DNA of 63,685 nucleotides, counting the filler, from Intoshia linei (taxonomy: Eukaryota; Animalia; Orthonectida), in NCBI GenBank assembly GCA_001642005.1. It is 4 parts of 4 records of this genome, joined end to end, with 100 filler letters (N's around TTAATTAATTAA, not from the genome) between each part and the next. Parts side by side here need not be neighbours in the genome. Positions count along the whole stretch, not along the records: positions 57,252 to 63,685 come from LWCA01001682.1; 3 more parts are not named here. One strand, given 5' to 3'. Numbering within the stretch: position 1 is the first letter of the stretch; each line of letters begins with the position of its first letter. The translations under genes were made by a program, and so were the position numbers. Under the pieces are notes generated by a model that saw only the letters and a program-made list of their open reading frames with translations, did no database searches and was not told the origin of the DNA. Of the stretch, positions 63,316 to 63,685 are shown piece by piece.

Positions 63316-63685
63316 ATCATCATACTGTATTCATTCTGATTTACATTGGTAACTATATTTAACATTAGAAATAAATTTCGATGTTATATTTTTTTTCATT
63401 TATCAATATTTGTTAGATTTACCTAACAAATTGACACACTAATTTAAGTTAATAAACAATAATGTGTGAATAAAAAGTTTTTTTACAAATTAAATTTTGT
63501 TCTTTTTATGAATAATATTAACATCAATTAAAAGCCACTTAATTACAAAAAAAAATTAAGTTTTTATCATTCCTAGAGTGTATTACATCAATTTTAGTGA
63601 TCTGCCTAATAAATTGACACACTGTGTATAGTATACATACATTCTGTCTAATAAATTAAAAAAATGGGATAACAATTGTTTTTAA

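Overview
Very AT-rich eukaryotic (metazoan) nuclear DNA with many introns of about 33-43 nt. This is consistent with a compact invertebrate parasite genome such as the orthonectid Intoshia; the taxon is an inference and was not verified. Four contigs are joined by artificial 100-nt N spacers that carry TTAATTAATTAA. Spliced genes read by hand: a coiled-coil protein, a cytosolic sulfotransferase plus a decayed duplicate, an orphan multi-exon gene, ATP synthase subunit d, SUCO/SLP1, 6-phosphogluconate dehydrogenase (5'-truncated at a gap), SPMIP1/ATP6V1FNB-like, MED14, an NK2 homeobox gene, TatD (TATDN1), eIF4A3-like (3'-truncated at a gap) and a 3-exon orphan. Long introns and intergenic DNA are packed with DNA transposon relics: a non-autonomous Helitron family (at least 10 copies or fragments), hAT MITEs with 8-bp TSDs, Tc1-like DD37E and D35E elements, pogo-like, piggyBac, Chapaev3-like and Ginger-like remnants, and a foldback-type minisatellite element. 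No novel multi-gene system can be supported. The best leads are: an exact 33-bp terminal redundancy of the last 6.4-kb contig (circle or tandem unit), a structured RNA candidate in the last MED14 intron, a spliced 47-aa lipidation/NPF microprotein candidate, a GC-AG intron with a 21-nt micro-exon in TatD, and a perfect Myb-site palindrome.
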